Below, piece by piece: positions 63,895 through 64,000 of a stretch of DNA of 64,000 nt. This DNA comes from Polyangiales bacterium. GTDB taxonomy: Bacteria > Myxococcota_A > Polyangia > Polyangiales > Ga0077539. The stretch's first letter is position 1. The number at the start of each line of letters is the position of its first letter. The notes beneath the pieces are model-generated. The model searched no databases. It was not told the DNA's origin and saw nothing but the letters and a program-made list of their open reading frames with translations. Location of the stretch: assembly GCA_044229975.1 (NCBI GenBank), contig JBGARZ010000007.1, forward strand, positions 367,796 through 431,795, in the 5' to 3' direction. Both the position numbers and the translations under genes were made by a program.

Positions 63895-64000
63895 CTAGCA
63901 CCTCGTCGCAGGAGTTCTGACGGGTTGAAGAAGCCGCAAGGGCGCAAGGGTCGCAAGGACAAGATGAGATGAGGGTGAGTCGCCTGAGTCGTCCTCCCTT
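63895..64000. repeat. Palindromic element family A, copy 2 (truncated by the window end)
   Basis: CTAG...GAGTTCTGACGGGTTG..GCCGCAAGGGCGCAAGGGTCGCAAGGA..GATGAGATGAG..GGTGAGTCGC matches 48-145. Confidence 0.85.

Overview
A very GC-rich bacterial chromosome segment. A Myxococcota/Polyangiales-like origin is inferred from a MYXO-CTERM-type tail, myxobacterial cysteine-rich repeats and about 20 lipoproteins. It holds about 45 real genes; most other ORFs in the track are antisense shadows. Recognisable content: a MarR-linked RND efflux operon, trxC, msrP plus an MsrQ-reductase-ferredoxin fusion, LysR, several oxidoreductases and hydrolases, and c-type cytochromes. About a quarter of the window encodes six lipoproteins built on the same Cys-rich stalk module but ending in different heads. 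Other points of interest: a compact HD-hydrolase / sigma-region-4 HTH / nucleotidyltransferase operon; a lower-GC island bracketed by copies of a palindromic repeat and carrying a doubly frameshifted subtilase with Glu at the catalytic Asp position; three families of large palindromic intergenic elements; and a small protein behind an RBS-sequestering structured leader. No rRNA, tRNA, CRISPR array, transposase or integrase was seen. All calls come from reading motifs by eye, with no database searches.
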